DNA of 64,000 nt from an uncultured Aliarcobacter sp. (GCA_963677435.1 OY781945.1:992001-1056000); one strand, 5' to 3'; positions 41,353 through 52,472 are shown, counted from the stretch's first letter. A program made the numbers and translations. The notes: generated from the letters alone by a model not told the origin.

Positions 41353-41800
41353 TAAGTTCCTATTTTATAGTTCATTGATTTTAACATAATTTAGATTTTA
41401 ATAAATTAATGTTTTTGTTGACTTATATCAAACTCAATAGTAATTTCAGTTCCTTTGTAATTATTATTTTGATAAGTTAAGTCAACATTTTTAATTAAAA
41501 GATTACCTTTCATGTGTTTAACGATAATTTCTTCTGTCATATAAAGTCCAATTCCTGTGCCTTTTGATTGATGTTTTGTTGTAAAGTAGGGTTCACAAAC
41601 TTTATCAATTATTGATTCATCAATTCCTCCTGCATTATCAGTTATTTTGATAAATGATTTGTTGTCTTTTTTATAAGTAGAAATAAAAATTAATTTCTCA
41701 GAATTTACAGTTTCTAGGGCATCTTTAGCATTATTTAGAATATTTATTAAAGCTTGAATAAACTCATTTTCGAAACCAAATAATTCATAATCATTTATGT
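39462..41800. repeat. Near-identical direct repeat of about 375 bp (39462-39836 and 41426-41800)
   Basis: HATPase-coding ends of the two tandem kinases, offset 1964 bp, about 4 mismatches by eye. Confidence 0.85.
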
Positions 41801-43304
41801 CGTTTATAAGAATAATATTATTATTTTTAAATTGAGCTAGTGTTAATTTTAAAACTTTTTCGAAAATATCTTTTATTTTGAATGTAACTTTTTCTTTATC
41901 AGTTCTAAAAAAATTTCTAAAATCATCAATAGTATCAGATAAATATAAAGCTGAGAGATTAATATTTTCTATAGATTTATTAAAAGTTTCATCATCAAGA
42001 CAATCAAACTCTTTTTGCAGTTTCATTCCAGAAGCTAAAGTTGTAATAACAGAAAGAGGTTGTCGCCATTGGTGGGCAATATTTCCTAACATTTCTCCCA
42101 TCGCAGCCATTTTTGATTGTTGAGATAAAATATGTTGTTGTTTGTTTATTTCTAATTTATAATTTAGGAATTTTTTTTCGACTATTTTTGAAATATAAAG
42201 AGAAATAGTCAATAAAATTAGAGTTAATATGGTAGTAATTAAAAAAATATTTCTTATTTTTTTATTGAATTCTTCATTTAATTGTAAAGTTTTTTCTTTA
42301 ATTAGTTGATTTAAATAATTGTGATAGAAACCTTTCCCTAAAATCCAACCCCAATTATCTAAAGACTTTACATAACTAGTTTTGGTAAGAGGTATCTCAT
42401 CTTCTTTAATTTTATAATCATAAGTAATAAATTCACCTCCGTCTTTTATTAATTTGAAAATTCTTTCAAATAATTCATCTTCTTTTTTAGAAGAAAATTT
42501 CTGGAAAGATTTACTTACAACATTATCCACTTTTTGAAATACAGTTTTATCATTATAATTTAAAATAAAAAAATAATTATTTTCACTTGTTTTTAATCGT
42601 GAGATATATTCTAAAACCTCTTTTTTCATACTCTCTTCAAAATCTACAACATATTCGCCACTTCCTATAAACCAATCATATGGTTTAAAATGAATATTAA
42701 AACCAATTTTTTTGTAATTTACTTCTTTTGAATCATTTGGTTTTGGATAGTGCCATGTCAAAAATACTTCATCTTTATTTTGAAGTTCTCTAACTATTTC
42801 TCTTCCTAAATAATAACCTTTAGAGTCTTGAAAATCATAAACACTTTTATCTTCATTTTCCCTATTTACTGGTAATAAAATACACTTATAATTAAAATCA
42901 TAAATAAAAATATATCCTCGTTCATCGTTGAATCTTATGTCAACAATGGCATCTTTTATCATTTTAATTATTTCATCTTTTGATTTTGTATCTTTATTTT
43001 CATTGTAAATTCTCATAGCAATACTATTTGCTTCATAAACTCGTTCTTTTATACTTTCTTTTAGTTTTTCTTCTGTTTTTGCTTGAGTTCTAAGAATTAA
43101 ATCATGTAAATTTTCTACTTCAGTTTTTACAAAATCTTGATTTCTTTTTAAAAATTCTTTTTTTATTGTCTCTTTTTGTTTTTCTAATTCATTTTGTTTC
43201 TCAACATATAAAAATATTGTAATAATTAGTGAAAGAGAGATTATAAATATTAAAGGTGTGTATTTAATTATATTTATTAAAGATTTTTCATTTTTATATG
43301 TCAT
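41406..43304 (-). CDS. Cache-domain sensor histidine kinase (copy 2)
   Basis: Same architecture and identical N-terminus MTYKNEKSLINIIK as copy 1. Confidence 0.92.
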   Translation of the reverse strand: MTYKNEKSLINIIKYTPLIFIISLSLIITIFLYVEKQNELEKQKETIKKEFLKRNQDFVKTEVENLHDLILRTQAKTEEKLKESIKERVYEANSIAMRIYNENKDTKSKDEIIKMIKDAIVDIRFNDERGYIFIYDFNYKCILLPVNRENEDKSVYDFQDSKGYYLGREIVRELQNKDEVFLTWHYPKPNDSKEVNYKKIGFNIHFKPYDWFIGSGEYVVDFEESMKKEVLEYISRLKTSENNYFFILNYNDKTVFQKVDNVVSKSFQKFSSKKEDELFERIFKLIKDGGEFITYDYKIKEDEIPLTKTSYVKSLDNWGWILGKGFYHNYLNQLIKEKTLQLNEEFNKKIRNIFLITTILTLILLTISLYISKIVEKKFLNYKLEINKQQHILSQQSKMAAMGEMLGNIAHQWRQPLSVITTLASGMKLQKEFDCLDDETFNKSIENINLSALYLSDTIDDFRNFFRTDKEKVTFKIKDIFEKVLKLTLAQFKNNNIILINDINDYELFGFENEFIQALINILNNAKDALETVNSEKLIFISTYKKDNKSFIKITDNAGGIDESIIDKVCEPYFTTKHQSKGTGIGLYMTEEIIVKHMKGNLLIKNVDLTYQNNNYKGTEITIEFDISQQKH

Positions 43305-43408
43305 TTATTTCCAATTTTATAGTTAAATTAATTCTATCACAATTTAAATTTTAATAGAATGACTAAAATCAATGGTTTTATAGAATACAATTATTAATAG
43401 GAGATAAA

Positions 43409-44113
43409 ATGTCAAAAAAAGTTTTAATAACAGGTGGAAATAAAGGAATAGGCTTAGCTGTTTCAAGAGCTATGTTAGAGTTTGGATATGAAGTTATTAT
43501 TGTTGCAAGGGATTTTGATACTTGTCCTTTAGTAGGTGTTGCAAATGTCACAGCTATTGAATATGATTTATCAAATGTGGATGATTTACCTGCTCTTGCA
43601 AAAGAGATTGGAAATATTGATATTTTAATTAATAATGCTGGTTATATGCAACCAAAATATACTTATAATAACTATCCAAAAGAGGCGAAAGAACACATTA
43701 TGAATGTGGATTTATATACGCCAGTTGAATTAATGAATATTTTTTCTGAGCATATGAAAAAACAAAAATATGGAAGAATCGTAAACACAGCATCAATTGC
43801 TGGACAAATTGGACATCCTGATGTTTGGTATGGAATTGCAAAAGCAGGGCTTATAAATGCTACAAAAATCTATGGAAAAATGTTAGGCGCTTATGGAATT
43901 ACAGTAAATTGTGTAGCTCCAAGTCCAACTGAAACTGATATGCAAAAAGATAACTCAGAAGAGAGAAAAGCAGAATTCAAAAAAACAGTAGCAACTGGAA
44001 GATTTGCAACACCTGAAGAAGTTGCAAAAGCTATAGTTTGGTTAGCAACTGATTGTCCAGAGTATATAAATGGAATTTGTTTAGATATAAATAATTGTTC
44101 ATATCCTAGATAA
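43409..44113 (+). CDS. Short-chain dehydrogenase/reductase
   Basis: TGGNKGIG, NNAG, SIAG, YGIAK (YxxxK). Confidence 0.92.
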   Translation: MSKKVLITGGNKGIGLAVSRAMLEFGYEVIIVARDFDTCPLVGVANVTAIEYDLSNVDDLPALAKEIGNIDILINNAGYMQPKYTYNNYPKEAKEHIMNVDLYTPVELMNIFSEHMKKQKYGRIVNTASIAGQIGHPDVWYGIAKAGLINATKIYGKMLGAYGITVNCVAPSPTETDMQKDNSEERKAEFKKTVATGRFATPEEVAKAIVWLATDCPEYINGICLDINNCSYPR

Positions 44114-44119
44114 GGTTAA

Positions 44120-44153
44120 AAAATAGCAAAAACTTATAGGTTTTTGCTATTTT
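44120..44153. terminator. Hairpin between convergent SDR and DMT genes
   Basis: AAAATAGCAAAAAC-TTATAG-GTTTTTGCTATTTT. Confidence 0.7.
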
Positions 44154-45040
44154 GATTTTTTGAAAATTTTTATATTATTTAGAATTTTTACGGCAATTAG
44201 TGTTAATATAGTTCCCACAATTATAGATAAACTTATATTCTCTTTTAAAAAAATTACACTTAAAATAATGGCAAATAAAGGCACTAAAAAGATAAATGAA
44301 CTCACCTCATTTGTTCCTAGTTTTTCAATTCCAACAAAATATAGAGTTGTTGCAAATGTTGTTGAAATAACTGATATAGAAAAAACATTCAACCAAAAAA
44401 TCCAATCAAACTCTTTATAGTTTATATTTGGCACATCAACAAAAAATACCATTACCATTATCGTTGTAATTACATACATATAAAAGGTAAAAACCATTGG
44501 TGAGATTTTTGTAGCTTTTGAACTTACAATTGTAAGAATTGGCCAAAGAATTGAAGCTAATATAAAATAAATATTTTTTTGTGAAAATATTTCCTCATGG
44601 GAAAAAGACCAAATATTTAACATTGTAAAAACTCCAAGAGCTCCAAGAATCAAAGCCAAAATATCTTTTTTCTCAATTTTTTTTCCAAAAAATAAAGCCA
44701 TAATTATAAAGGTATTTATAGGAATCATAGTTGTAACCAAGGCTCCACCAAGACTTGCTGTTCCAAATTTTGTTCCTAAAAAAAAGCATTTCATATAAGC
44801 TATCATTACAACTGATGCCACAAGAACTAAAATAAAACTTTTTAGATTTATATAAAAACTCTTTTTCGTAAATAATAAAACAGGAAGAAGAGTAATCACT
44901 GTAAATATATTTCTAAAAAATATCATTTCATACTCATTTATATAAGCACTTAAAACTTTTGCACTAACCCAAGATAAACCCCATCCTGCCATCGCAAGAA
45001 ACATAAAGACATAAAAAATATTTTTGTTTTTTTCACTCAT
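44147..45040 (-). CDS. DMT/EamA-family transporter (copy 1)
   Basis: About 10 TMs, WGLSWVSAK, FFR, SSFIFLVP...FLKE. Confidence 0.9.
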   Translation of the reverse strand: MSEKNKNIFYVFMFLAMAGWGLSWVSAKVLSAYINEYEMIFFRNIFTVITLLPVLLFTKKSFYINLKSFILVLVASVVMIAYMKCFFLGTKFGTASLGGALVTTMIPINTFIIMALFFGKKIEKKDILALILGALGVFTMLNIWSFSHEEIFSQKNIYFILASILWPILTIVSSKATKISPMVFTFYMYVITTIMVMVFFVDVPNINYKEFDWIFWLNVFSISVISTTFATTLYFVGIEKLGTNEVSSFIFLVPLFAIILSVIFLKENISLSIIVGTILTLIAVKILNNIKIFKKSK

Positions 45041-45085
45041 TTTTCAATCTTTCTAATTTGATGAAGGATTGTATCAGTTAGAGTA

Positions 45086-45882
45086 TTAGTTGTATAGGAA
45101 AAAATTGCTTTTTTGTTTTAGTTGACTTGGCGCATAACCATAGGTTTTTTTGAAGGTTTTAATAAAATGAGATTGGTCATTAAATCCCAAATTAAAAGCA
45201 ACTTCTGAAAGGTTCATACCTTTTAATATAAGTTCTTTACTTCTTTCAATTTTTTGATTTAAAATATATTGGTGAGGAGTAATTCCAGTTGAGCTCTTAA
45301 AAATTCGCAAGAAATGATATTTACTAAGACTTGAATTAAGTGCTAATTCATCCAATGAAATATTTGTTTCTAAAGAATCTTTTATATAAGTAATAGAGTT
45401 TTCAAGAATTATATTATTGTTAAATTTAGGCTCTTTTAAAGTTGTAAAGGTATAGTTTTTTATCAAATAAGATAAGCTAGATATTAAATGAGTTTCAACT
45501 ATCATTTCATCTTCATTGTTAAAAGTACTTAGAAAAAAACTATACAAAAGTTTGTATAAATTCAAATCTTCAATAATATGTTCCGTAAAAATCGGAACTT
45601 TTTTTCAAAAAAGATTTGTTCATAAATCGCACTTACTAATTCAATTGAGGGATAAAAGTTTGTGTATTTCCACGAGTTTGAGTTTCCCCCGTGCATTTCT
45701 CCTGGATTTATTACTTTGGTTGAATTTTTGTATGATAGTTTAATATTATTTTCATGTATAGATTTAAATAGCCCTTCATGGGTTAATCCAATAGTGTAAG
45801 TATCATGAAAATGTCTCTTAAATTCGCTATCTGATTTTGTTATATTTTCAAAGAAAGTATTGTTAAGTGGTTTTGATTTCAT
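45086..45882 (-). pseudogene. AraC-family regulator split by a 1-nt frameshift in an A7 tract (45599-45605)
   Basis: The N-half (RHFHDTYTIG) and C-half (LSKYHFLR, GFNDQSHF) lie in different frames. Adding one A restores EKKVPIF, matching EKKVPYF of the paralog at 51607-52398. Confidence 0.85.
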
Positions 45883-45911
45883 TATTAATTATATAAAATA
45901 TATAAAATAAA

Positions 45912-45929
45912 ATATAGTAGAAAATTGCT
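45912..45929 (-). promoter_or_regulatory. Candidate AraC-family site AGCAAT-N6-CTATA (also at 45092-45109 and 51607-51624)
   Basis: All three copies lie exactly 18 nt upstream of a -10 hexamer. Confidence 0.6.
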
Positions 45930-46073
45930 ATTTAGTAAGAAATTCTTATGTTTTTTTATCTTGTTTAAATTAGAACAATGCCCAATTTTTCATTGGTTTG
46001 GCTATGTTGAAACATAATATATTAAGAAAAATTATTATATCATGCGGGCTTTATTTTATTTCAAGAGGTTTTA

Positions 46074-47984
46074 ATGTTTAAAAATTTTTCAATTAAGAAA
46101 ATTTTGGTTTTATCAGGTATTTTAATATTTTCAGTAGCGTCTATTAATTTAGTAGTTAATATTTTTCAACTCTCATCTGTTGAAAATAAGGTTAAAGAAA
46201 AAGAGCATGATATTTTGCCTACAGTGTTTAATTTTTTAGAGTTACAAAAAGATGTAATCCAAGTACAACAATGGTTAACTGATGTTTCTGCAACAAGAGC
46301 TGCAGAGGGTTTTGCAGATGGATTTGATATTTCAAAAGAGTACTTTTTAAAAGCAAATACTTTACTTGATAAAATGATTCTTGAACATAAAAACAAAAAT
46401 GAAAATGATGAAGTAAAAGATTTAGAAGAGTTTAAAAGTAATTTTAATCAATTTTACGAAGTAGGGCTAAAAATGGCGAATACTTATGTGAAATTTGGTC
46501 CTGAAGAAGGAAATAAAATCATGGAAGAACTTGACCCTTTTGCTGAAAAACTAACAGATAAATTAGATAAATGGATAAGTGCTCATTTTAAAGAAAATAG
46601 TGAGAAATCTGTAGAAATAGAAAATACTATAAACTTTACTCAAAATAACTTAGTTATTTTAGGATTATTTATAATTATTTTAAACTTAATAGTTTTTGTT
46701 ATTTTAATAAGAAGAATAGCTTCTTCTCTTGAAATTTTCCAAGGTGGATTGTTGTCTTTTTTTGCCTATTTAAATAAGGAATCAAAAGAAGTTCAATTAT
46801 TAGATGATAGAGTTCAAGATGAATTTGGAAAAATGTCAACAGTAATAAATGAAAATATTACAAAAACAAAAGAGATTATTGATTCAGATACTAAATTTTT
46901 ATCAGAAATTACTGAGGTAGTTAACGAAGTTAAAAATGGGCATTTAAATAAAAAACTTGAAAATAAAGTTCAATCTGAAAGTATGGAAAAATTAAGAGAG
47001 CATATAAATGAAATGTTATTTAATTTACAATTAAAAGTTTGTACAAATATAAATGATATTTCATTCGCTTTAGAGAAATACTCAAAACTTGATTTTACAC
47101 ATAGAATTAAAGGGTGTAGTAGTGAAGTTACCGTTGGTTTAAATAAACTAGCTGATATTATAAATGATATGCTTGTGGAAAATAAATCAAATGGACTAAC
47201 TCTTCAAAGTAGTTCAAATATTTTAATGTCAAATGTTGAAACTCTAAGTTCATCATCTACACAAGCAGCAGCTTCACTTGAAGAAACAGCAGCAGCATTA
47301 GAAGAGATAACTTCAAATATTTCAAGTAATAATAATAATGTAATTCAAATGTCAAGTTATGCAAATGAAGTTATAAATTCAGCTTCTCAAGGTGAAAAAC
47401 TTGCTAATCAAACCACAACTGCAATGGAAGATATTAATGTACAAGTAAATGCAATAACTGCTGCTATTACTGTAATTGATCAAATTGCATTTCAAACAAA
47501 TATTCTTTCTTTAAACGCAGCAGTAGAAGCAGCAACAGCAGGAGAAGCTGGAAAAGGATTTGCAGTAGTTGCAGCAGAAGTGAGAAACTTAGCCTCTCGT
47601 TCAGCAGAAGCTGCAAAGGAGATAAAAAATATTGTTGAAATTGCAACTTCTAAAGCAAATGGTGGAAAACAAATAGCAAATAACATGATAGTTGGTTACA
47701 AAGAGCTAAATCAATCAATTTTGAAAACTATTGATTTAATAAAAGATGTTGAACACTCATCAAAAGAACAACTTTCAGGAATAGAGCAAATAAATTCAGC
47801 TGTATCAGAACTTGACCAACAAACTCAACAAAATGCAAATGTTGCTTTACAAACAAAAGAAGTTGCTCAAACTACACTTTTTATAGCAAACAGAGTTGTG
47901 AAAAATGCAAATGATAAAGAATTTATTGGAAAAGATAGTGTAAAAGCAAAAGTTATAGATAAACAAGGAAATATACAAATATAA
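46074..47984 (+). CDS. MCP with periplasmic four-helix-type sensor
   Basis: Two TMs, [17 protein letters not shown] hairpin. Confidence 0.93.
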   Translation: MFKNFSIKKILVLSGILIFSVASINLVVNIFQLSSVENKVKEKEHDILPTVFNFLELQKDVIQVQQWLTDVSATRAAEGFADGFDISKEYFLKANTLLDKMILEHKNKNENDEVKDLEEFKSNFNQFYEVGLKMANTYVKFGPEEGNKIMEELDPFAEKLTDKLDKWISAHFKENSEKSVEIENTINFTQNNLVILGLFIIILNLIVFVILIRRIASSLEIFQGGLLSFFAYLNKESKEVQLLDDRVQDEFGKMSTVINENITKTKEIIDSDTKFLSEITEVVNEVKNGHLNKKLENKVQSESMEKLREHINEMLFNLQLKVCTNINDISFALEKYSKLDFTHRIKGCSSEVTVGLNKLADIINDMLVENKSNGLTLQSSSNILMSNVETLSSSSTQAAASLEETAAALEEITSNISSNNNNVIQMSSYANEVINSASQGEKLANQTTTAMEDINVQVNAITAAITVIDQIAFQTNILSLNAAVEAATAGEAGKGFAVVAAEVRNLASRSAEAAKEIKNIVEIATSKANGGKQIANNMIVGYKELNQSILKTIDLIKDVEHSSKEQLSGIEQINSAVSELDQQTQQNANVALQTKEVAQTTLFIANRVVKNANDKEFIGKDSVKAKVIDKQGNIQI

Positions 47985-48145
47985 TAAAAGCTAAATTCTA
48001 CTAGATTTTTTACTTTATGGTATAGTAGTGGGTGTGGGAACCCATGACTATATCAATTACTTCTATTTTCAATCATATCAATAAATATTTTCTTTGGTTT
48101 TGTTCCTATTAGATACACAATTTTCTAGAGTAAAAAAGGTTTAAA

Positions 48146-49447
48146 ATGAAAGATTTATTAAAACAACTGTGGTTTCAAGTTATTTTAGGAATGATTGGAG
48201 GAATTGTTTTAGGTCTTTTATTATCACCAACTGCTTTTGCTTTAGTTGATGAAAAAATTGCTTTTGCAATTGCTCCTTGGGTTGCTTTATGTGGAAATAT
48301 TTTTTTAGCACTTATAAAAATGATTGTTGTTCCTCTTGTAATGAGTTCAATAATATTGGGAATTACAAGTGCTGGAAATGTTGAAATTTTAAAAAGTTTA
48401 GGTCTTAAAATTGCTCCATATTTTGTTTTTACAACTATGGTTGCAGTTACTTTAGGTATTTTTATAACATATTTAATTCATCCTGGAACTTATGTTTCAA
48501 GCGAAATAATAAATCAAATTGCAACAACATCAGTTCCAGTTGCAAAAGCTGTTGAAAATCTTTCTATACCTGATATGATAGTTGGACTAATTCCAATAAG
48601 TACCGCAAAAGCTGAACTTGATGGAAATATCTTAGCATTTGTTATCTTAGCAATATTCATAGGAGTTGCTTTGATGAATATTGATGAAGAGGATGCAAGA
48701 CCAATGAAAGATTTGGCAAAATCTATGCAGGCTTTTTCTATGAAAGTAGTTGATTGGGCTATGAAATTAGCTCCTTATGCTGTATTTGGACTTTTATGTA
48801 ATATTACTATTAAAATTGGTTTTGATGCCATATCTTCTATGTCTATGTATGTTTTGACGGTGATTTTGGGATTATTATTGCTTTTATGTTTTTATTTGAC
48901 AATTGTATATTTTGTTACAAACATAAAACCTTTGGACTTTTTAAGTAAAATTAGAGAAGTTCAATTAATGGCCTTTTCAACTTCAAGTTCAGCAGCTGTA
49001 ATGCCACTATCAATGAAAACAGCAGAAGAGAAACTAAATGTTCCAACAACTATTTCAAAATTTGTAATACCTTTGGGAGCAACTGTAAATATGGATGGAA
49101 CAGCAATCTATCAAGTGTGTGCAGCTATTTTTTTAACTCAACTTTATGGACTAGATTTATCTTTAGTTGAAGTGGTAATTTTAGCTTTAACAACCGTTGG
49201 AGCATCTATTGGAGCTCCAAGTACTCCAGGAGTTGGTATTGTAATACTTGCTACGATTTTACAAGGAATAGGAGTTCCAGTTGAGGGAATTGCACTTATT
49301 TTGGGTGTTGATAGGATTCTTGATATGTGTAGAACTACTATAAATGTAACTGGCGATTTAACTGCAACTTTGGTTATGAAAAAACTAACAAGTTTTTCAA
49401 ATACAAGTGAAAAAAGTGCAAATAATTTAGTTCAAGCACAAAAGTAG
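48146..49447 (+). CDS. DAACS-family dicarboxylate/amino acid:cation symporter
   Basis: [47 protein letters not shown]. Confidence 0.93.
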   Translation: MKDLLKQLWFQVILGMIGGIVLGLLLSPTAFALVDEKIAFAIAPWVALCGNIFLALIKMIVVPLVMSSIILGITSAGNVEILKSLGLKIAPYFVFTTMVAVTLGIFITYLIHPGTYVSSEIINQIATTSVPVAKAVENLSIPDMIVGLIPISTAKAELDGNILAFVILAIFIGVALMNIDEEDARPMKDLAKSMQAFSMKVVDWAMKLAPYAVFGLLCNITIKIGFDAISSMSMYVLTVILGLLLLLCFYLTIVYFVTNIKPLDFLSKIREVQLMAFSTSSSAAVMPLSMKTAEEKLNVPTTISKFVIPLGATVNMDGTAIYQVCAAIFLTQLYGLDLSLVEVVILALTTVGASIGAPSTPGVGIVILATILQGIGVPVEGIALILGVDRILDMCRTTINVTGDLTATLVMKKLTSFSNTSEKSANNLVQAQK

Positions 49448-49456
49448 TCTAAAAAA

Positions 49457-50659
49457 TTACTTTTTTAAATAGGTAAATATAAATAAAGCAATAATAGTTA
49501 AAAGTATAAAAATATTTGAAAATAGAAGTATTATAAAAAATATCAAAGCTAAAAGAATTGAGCAATATTTTAAAAATCCTTTTTCAAAAAGTACAATTGC
49601 AGTTATAAGTCCTATAATTGCATTTGCAATAAAAAATCCATCTGCAAAAGCAACAAGGTTATCTAAAGTTAAAATCTTGAAATATACAAAAACAAGAGTA
49701 ATAATATAAATCATAGATAATAGATTTAAAGCACCAATTGGCGTATTATTAGCTAAATGTTTTGAAGTATAAGTTGTTAGTTTTAAAGATGAGATGAGTC
49801 GTGCAACTCCACCAACAAATAAAATCAATGTACCAATACATAAAACCAAAGATATACTTGAAATAATTACATTTGAATAAGATTTAAATAGAGGCTCAAT
49901 TAACCAAATTAGCTTAAAACTTTCATTTGCTTTATTTGGAAACTCTCCAAAAGATATTGATAAACACATTAAAATATAAACTATTGATACAATTATTGCT
50001 GAAAATATTACAGCTTTTGTAAGGGTTTTTGTCTCTTTTACTTCATTTGAATAGTTTCCAATTACTTCCCATCCAACAATTGCCCAAAAGGCTAAAATAA
50101 ATGAATATCCAATTTGTGATAACTCTAAAGAGGGAATAACAAAAGTAAAATTTGTGGTATTTAATAAAATATTTATACTTGAAATAAAAAATATTAATGT
50201 AATTGCGGAACTTACAAATAACATCAATTTTCCAATAAAATCAATTTTTAATAAAAGTAAAATATATGTAATTATATAAACATAAAATCCCAAACTCACT
50301 ATTGATTCATTTGGAAAAAAAGGTTTAATAAATTGTGCTGCAATTAACAATACAGCAACTGGCCCAAAAAAAACTGCACAGATTAAATAAAATGAAGTTA
50401 GAAGTTGATATTTTTTACCTAAAGCCTCTTTTGTAGCAAGGGAAACACCACCATCTCCTGGATAAATGATTGCTAGTTTTCCAAAAACAAGTGCAAAAAT
50501 AAAACCTAAACTTAATATTACAGCCCAAATAATTAAAGAGAAAGTTCCTATCATATTGTAAAGCAAGGGTGGAAGAAGTATTACTCCTGAGCCTAAAATT
50601 GGTCCAATTATAAGCCCTGAAAGAGTAAATGTATTTAGTTTTTTATCTGTTTGATTCAA
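49457..50659 (-). CDS. APC-superfamily amino acid transporter (YjeH-like exporter)
   Basis: ILGSGVILLP, YPGDGG, FWAIVGWE; about 12 TMs. Confidence 0.8.
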   Translation of the reverse strand: MNQTDKKLNTFTLSGLIIGPILGSGVILLPPLLYNMIGTFSLIIWAVILSLGFIFALVFGKLAIIYPGDGGVSLATKEALGKKYQLLTSFYLICAVFFGPVAVLLIAAQFIKPFFPNESIVSLGFYVYIITYILLLLKIDFIGKLMLFVSSAITLIFFISSINILLNTTNFTFVIPSLELSQIGYSFILAFWAIVGWEVIGNYSNEVKETKTLTKAVIFSAIIVSIVYILMCLSISFGEFPNKANESFKLIWLIEPLFKSYSNVIISSISLVLCIGTLILFVGGVARLISSLKLTTYTSKHLANNTPIGALNLLSMIYIITLVFVYFKILTLDNLVAFADGFFIANAIIGLITAIVLFEKGFLKYCSILLALIFFIILLFSNIFILLTIIALFIFTYLKK

Positions 50660-51554
50660 GAGGGTTTTTCTTTCTAAATATTTTAATATTATTTAATATC
50701 TTAACTGCAATTAAAGTCAAAATTGTACCAACAATTATTGAAATATTTACTTGTTCTTTTAAGAAAATAACACTTAAACTTATGGCAAAAAATGGTACTA
50801 AAAAGATAAAAGAGCTAACTTCATTTGTTCCTAGTTTTTCAATTCCAACAAAATAAATTGAAGTTGCAAAGGTTGTTGAAACAACAGCCACGCATAAAAT
50901 ATTTGCCCAAAAAATCCAATCAAAAGTTGCATAAGGCATTTTTGTAGGTTCTACAAAAAATATTAAAAGTAATATAGTCATAAAAACATACATGTAAAAA
51001 GAAAAAACCAATGGAGAAGTTTTTGTCGATTTTGAAGAAATGATTGTAAAAATTGGCCATAAAACAGATGCAATTAAAAAATATGAATTATGTTTTGTAA
51101 ATATTTGTTCAGCTGAAAAAGTCCAAATATTTAAAATAGTTAAAACCCCAATAACTCCAATTATCAAAGCAAAAATATCTTTTTTCAACATTTTTTTACC
51201 AAAAAAAAGTGCCATAAATATAAATGTATTTATGGGAATAAGTGTGGTAACTAAGGCTCCACCAAGACTTGCCGTTCCAAACTTTACACCTAAGAAATAG
51301 AATTTTAAATAAACAATCATTACAACTGCTGCTATAAAAGCTAAAATTAGACTTTTTACATTTGTGTAAAAAAACTTTCTAGTAATTACTAAAATAGGTG
51401 CAAGGGTGATAATTGTAAAAAAGTTTCGTAAAAACATCATTTGATATTCATCAATGTATGAGCTTAATACTTTTGCATTTACCCAAGATGCTCCCCACCC
51501 AGCCATTGCTAAAACCATCATAAAATAAAATATATTTTTGTTTGTTTGTGTCAT
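50643..51554 (-). CDS. DMT/EamA-family transporter (copy 2)
   Basis: Paralog of 44147-45040 (shared GTASLGGALVTT, GIEKLGTNEVSSFIFLVP). Confidence 0.9.
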   Translation of the reverse strand: MTQTNKNIFYFMMVLAMAGWGASWVNAKVLSSYIDEYQMMFLRNFFTIITLAPILVITRKFFYTNVKSLILAFIAAVVMIVYLKFYFLGVKFGTASLGGALVTTLIPINTFIFMALFFGKKMLKKDIFALIIGVIGVLTILNIWTFSAEQIFTKHNSYFLIASVLWPIFTIISSKSTKTSPLVFSFYMYVFMTILLLIFFVEPTKMPYATFDWIFWANILCVAVVSTTFATSIYFVGIEKLGTNEVSSFIFLVPFFAISLSVIFLKEQVNISIIVGTILTLIAVKILNNIKIFRKKNPLESNR

Positions 51555-51606
51555 TTAAAATCTTTTGTAATAATATGGTGGAATAGTATTAAAAATATAA
51601 AATTAT

Positions 51607-52398
51607 TTATAGAATAATATTGCTATTTTTTTGAAATAAACTAGGTGTGTAACCAAAATATTTTTTGAAATTTCTTGTAAAATGAGATTGGTCATTAAAT
51701 CCAACTAACATACAAGCTTCACTAATTGTTTTGCCATTTTGTATTAAATGATTTGCTCTATTTAATCGTTCATTTATTATAAATGAGTGAGGAGTTAACC
51801 CCATCTCTTTTTTGAAAACTCGTAAAAAATGGTATTTGCTAAGATTACAATTATTTGCTAATTTATCAAGACTGATATTTTCATCAATACAATCTTTTAT
51901 AAGTTCTAATGATTTTTTTAAAACAATTTTATTATCAAACATTTTGTCATAAACTTTTGTATATGAAGTGAAATTTATGATTAAATAAGATAAAGCATCA
52001 ATAAGATTTGATTCAATTATCATATCCTCATCTTTTCTAAAAAAAGATTCAAAAAAGTTGTGAAATTTTAAAAATAAAAATTTATCATTAATAATACAAT
52101 TTTCAAAATATGGAACTTTCTTTTCAAAAAATATTTGTTCATATAAATCGCTTAAAAGTTCAATCGTTGGATAAAAATTTGAGTGAGACCAATCTTGTGA
52201 AACCCCACTATGAACTTCATTTGGATTATTTACTCTAATTGAGTATTTATAAAAATCTAAACTTCTGTTTGAGTTATATGTTTTTATTACTCCATTGTAA
52301 GTGATTCCAATTGTATAGGTATCATGGTAGTGTTTTGAAAAGTTTTCATTTAGATTTTTTACACTTTCAAAAAGCGTATTTTTTAATAATTTAGTCAT
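51607..52398 (-). CDS. AraC-family transcriptional regulator (intact copy)
   Basis: KHYHDTYTIG cupin-type N-domain; LSKYHFLRVFK, GLTPH, GFNDQSHFTR. Confidence 0.93.
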   Translation of the reverse strand: MTKLLKNTLFESVKNLNENFSKHYHDTYTIGITYNGVIKTYNSNRSLDFYKYSIRVNNPNEVHSGVSQDWSHSNFYPTIELLSDLYEQIFFEKKVPYFENCIINDKFLFLKFHNFFESFFRKDEDMIIESNLIDALSYLIINFTSYTKVYDKMFDNKIVLKKSLELIKDCIDENISLDKLANNCNLSKYHFLRVFKKEMGLTPHSFIINERLNRANHLIQNGKTISEACMLVGFNDQSHFTRNFKKYFGYTPSLFQKNSNIIL

Positions 52399-52472
52399 CG
52401 AAAGATTATATCAAAGTAATGGTTTAAAAAAATATAATAAGCGTATTATTTTAGTAAAAAAGAAAAAAGCAA

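Noticed and set aside
45979..46003. Minus-strand GCCAAACCAATGAAAAATTGGGC resembling the first hairpin of a c-di-GMP-I riboswitch
   Set aside because: It lacks the following GACGCAAAG and second stem, faces away from the MCP, and lies upstream of the predicted leaderless araC promoter.
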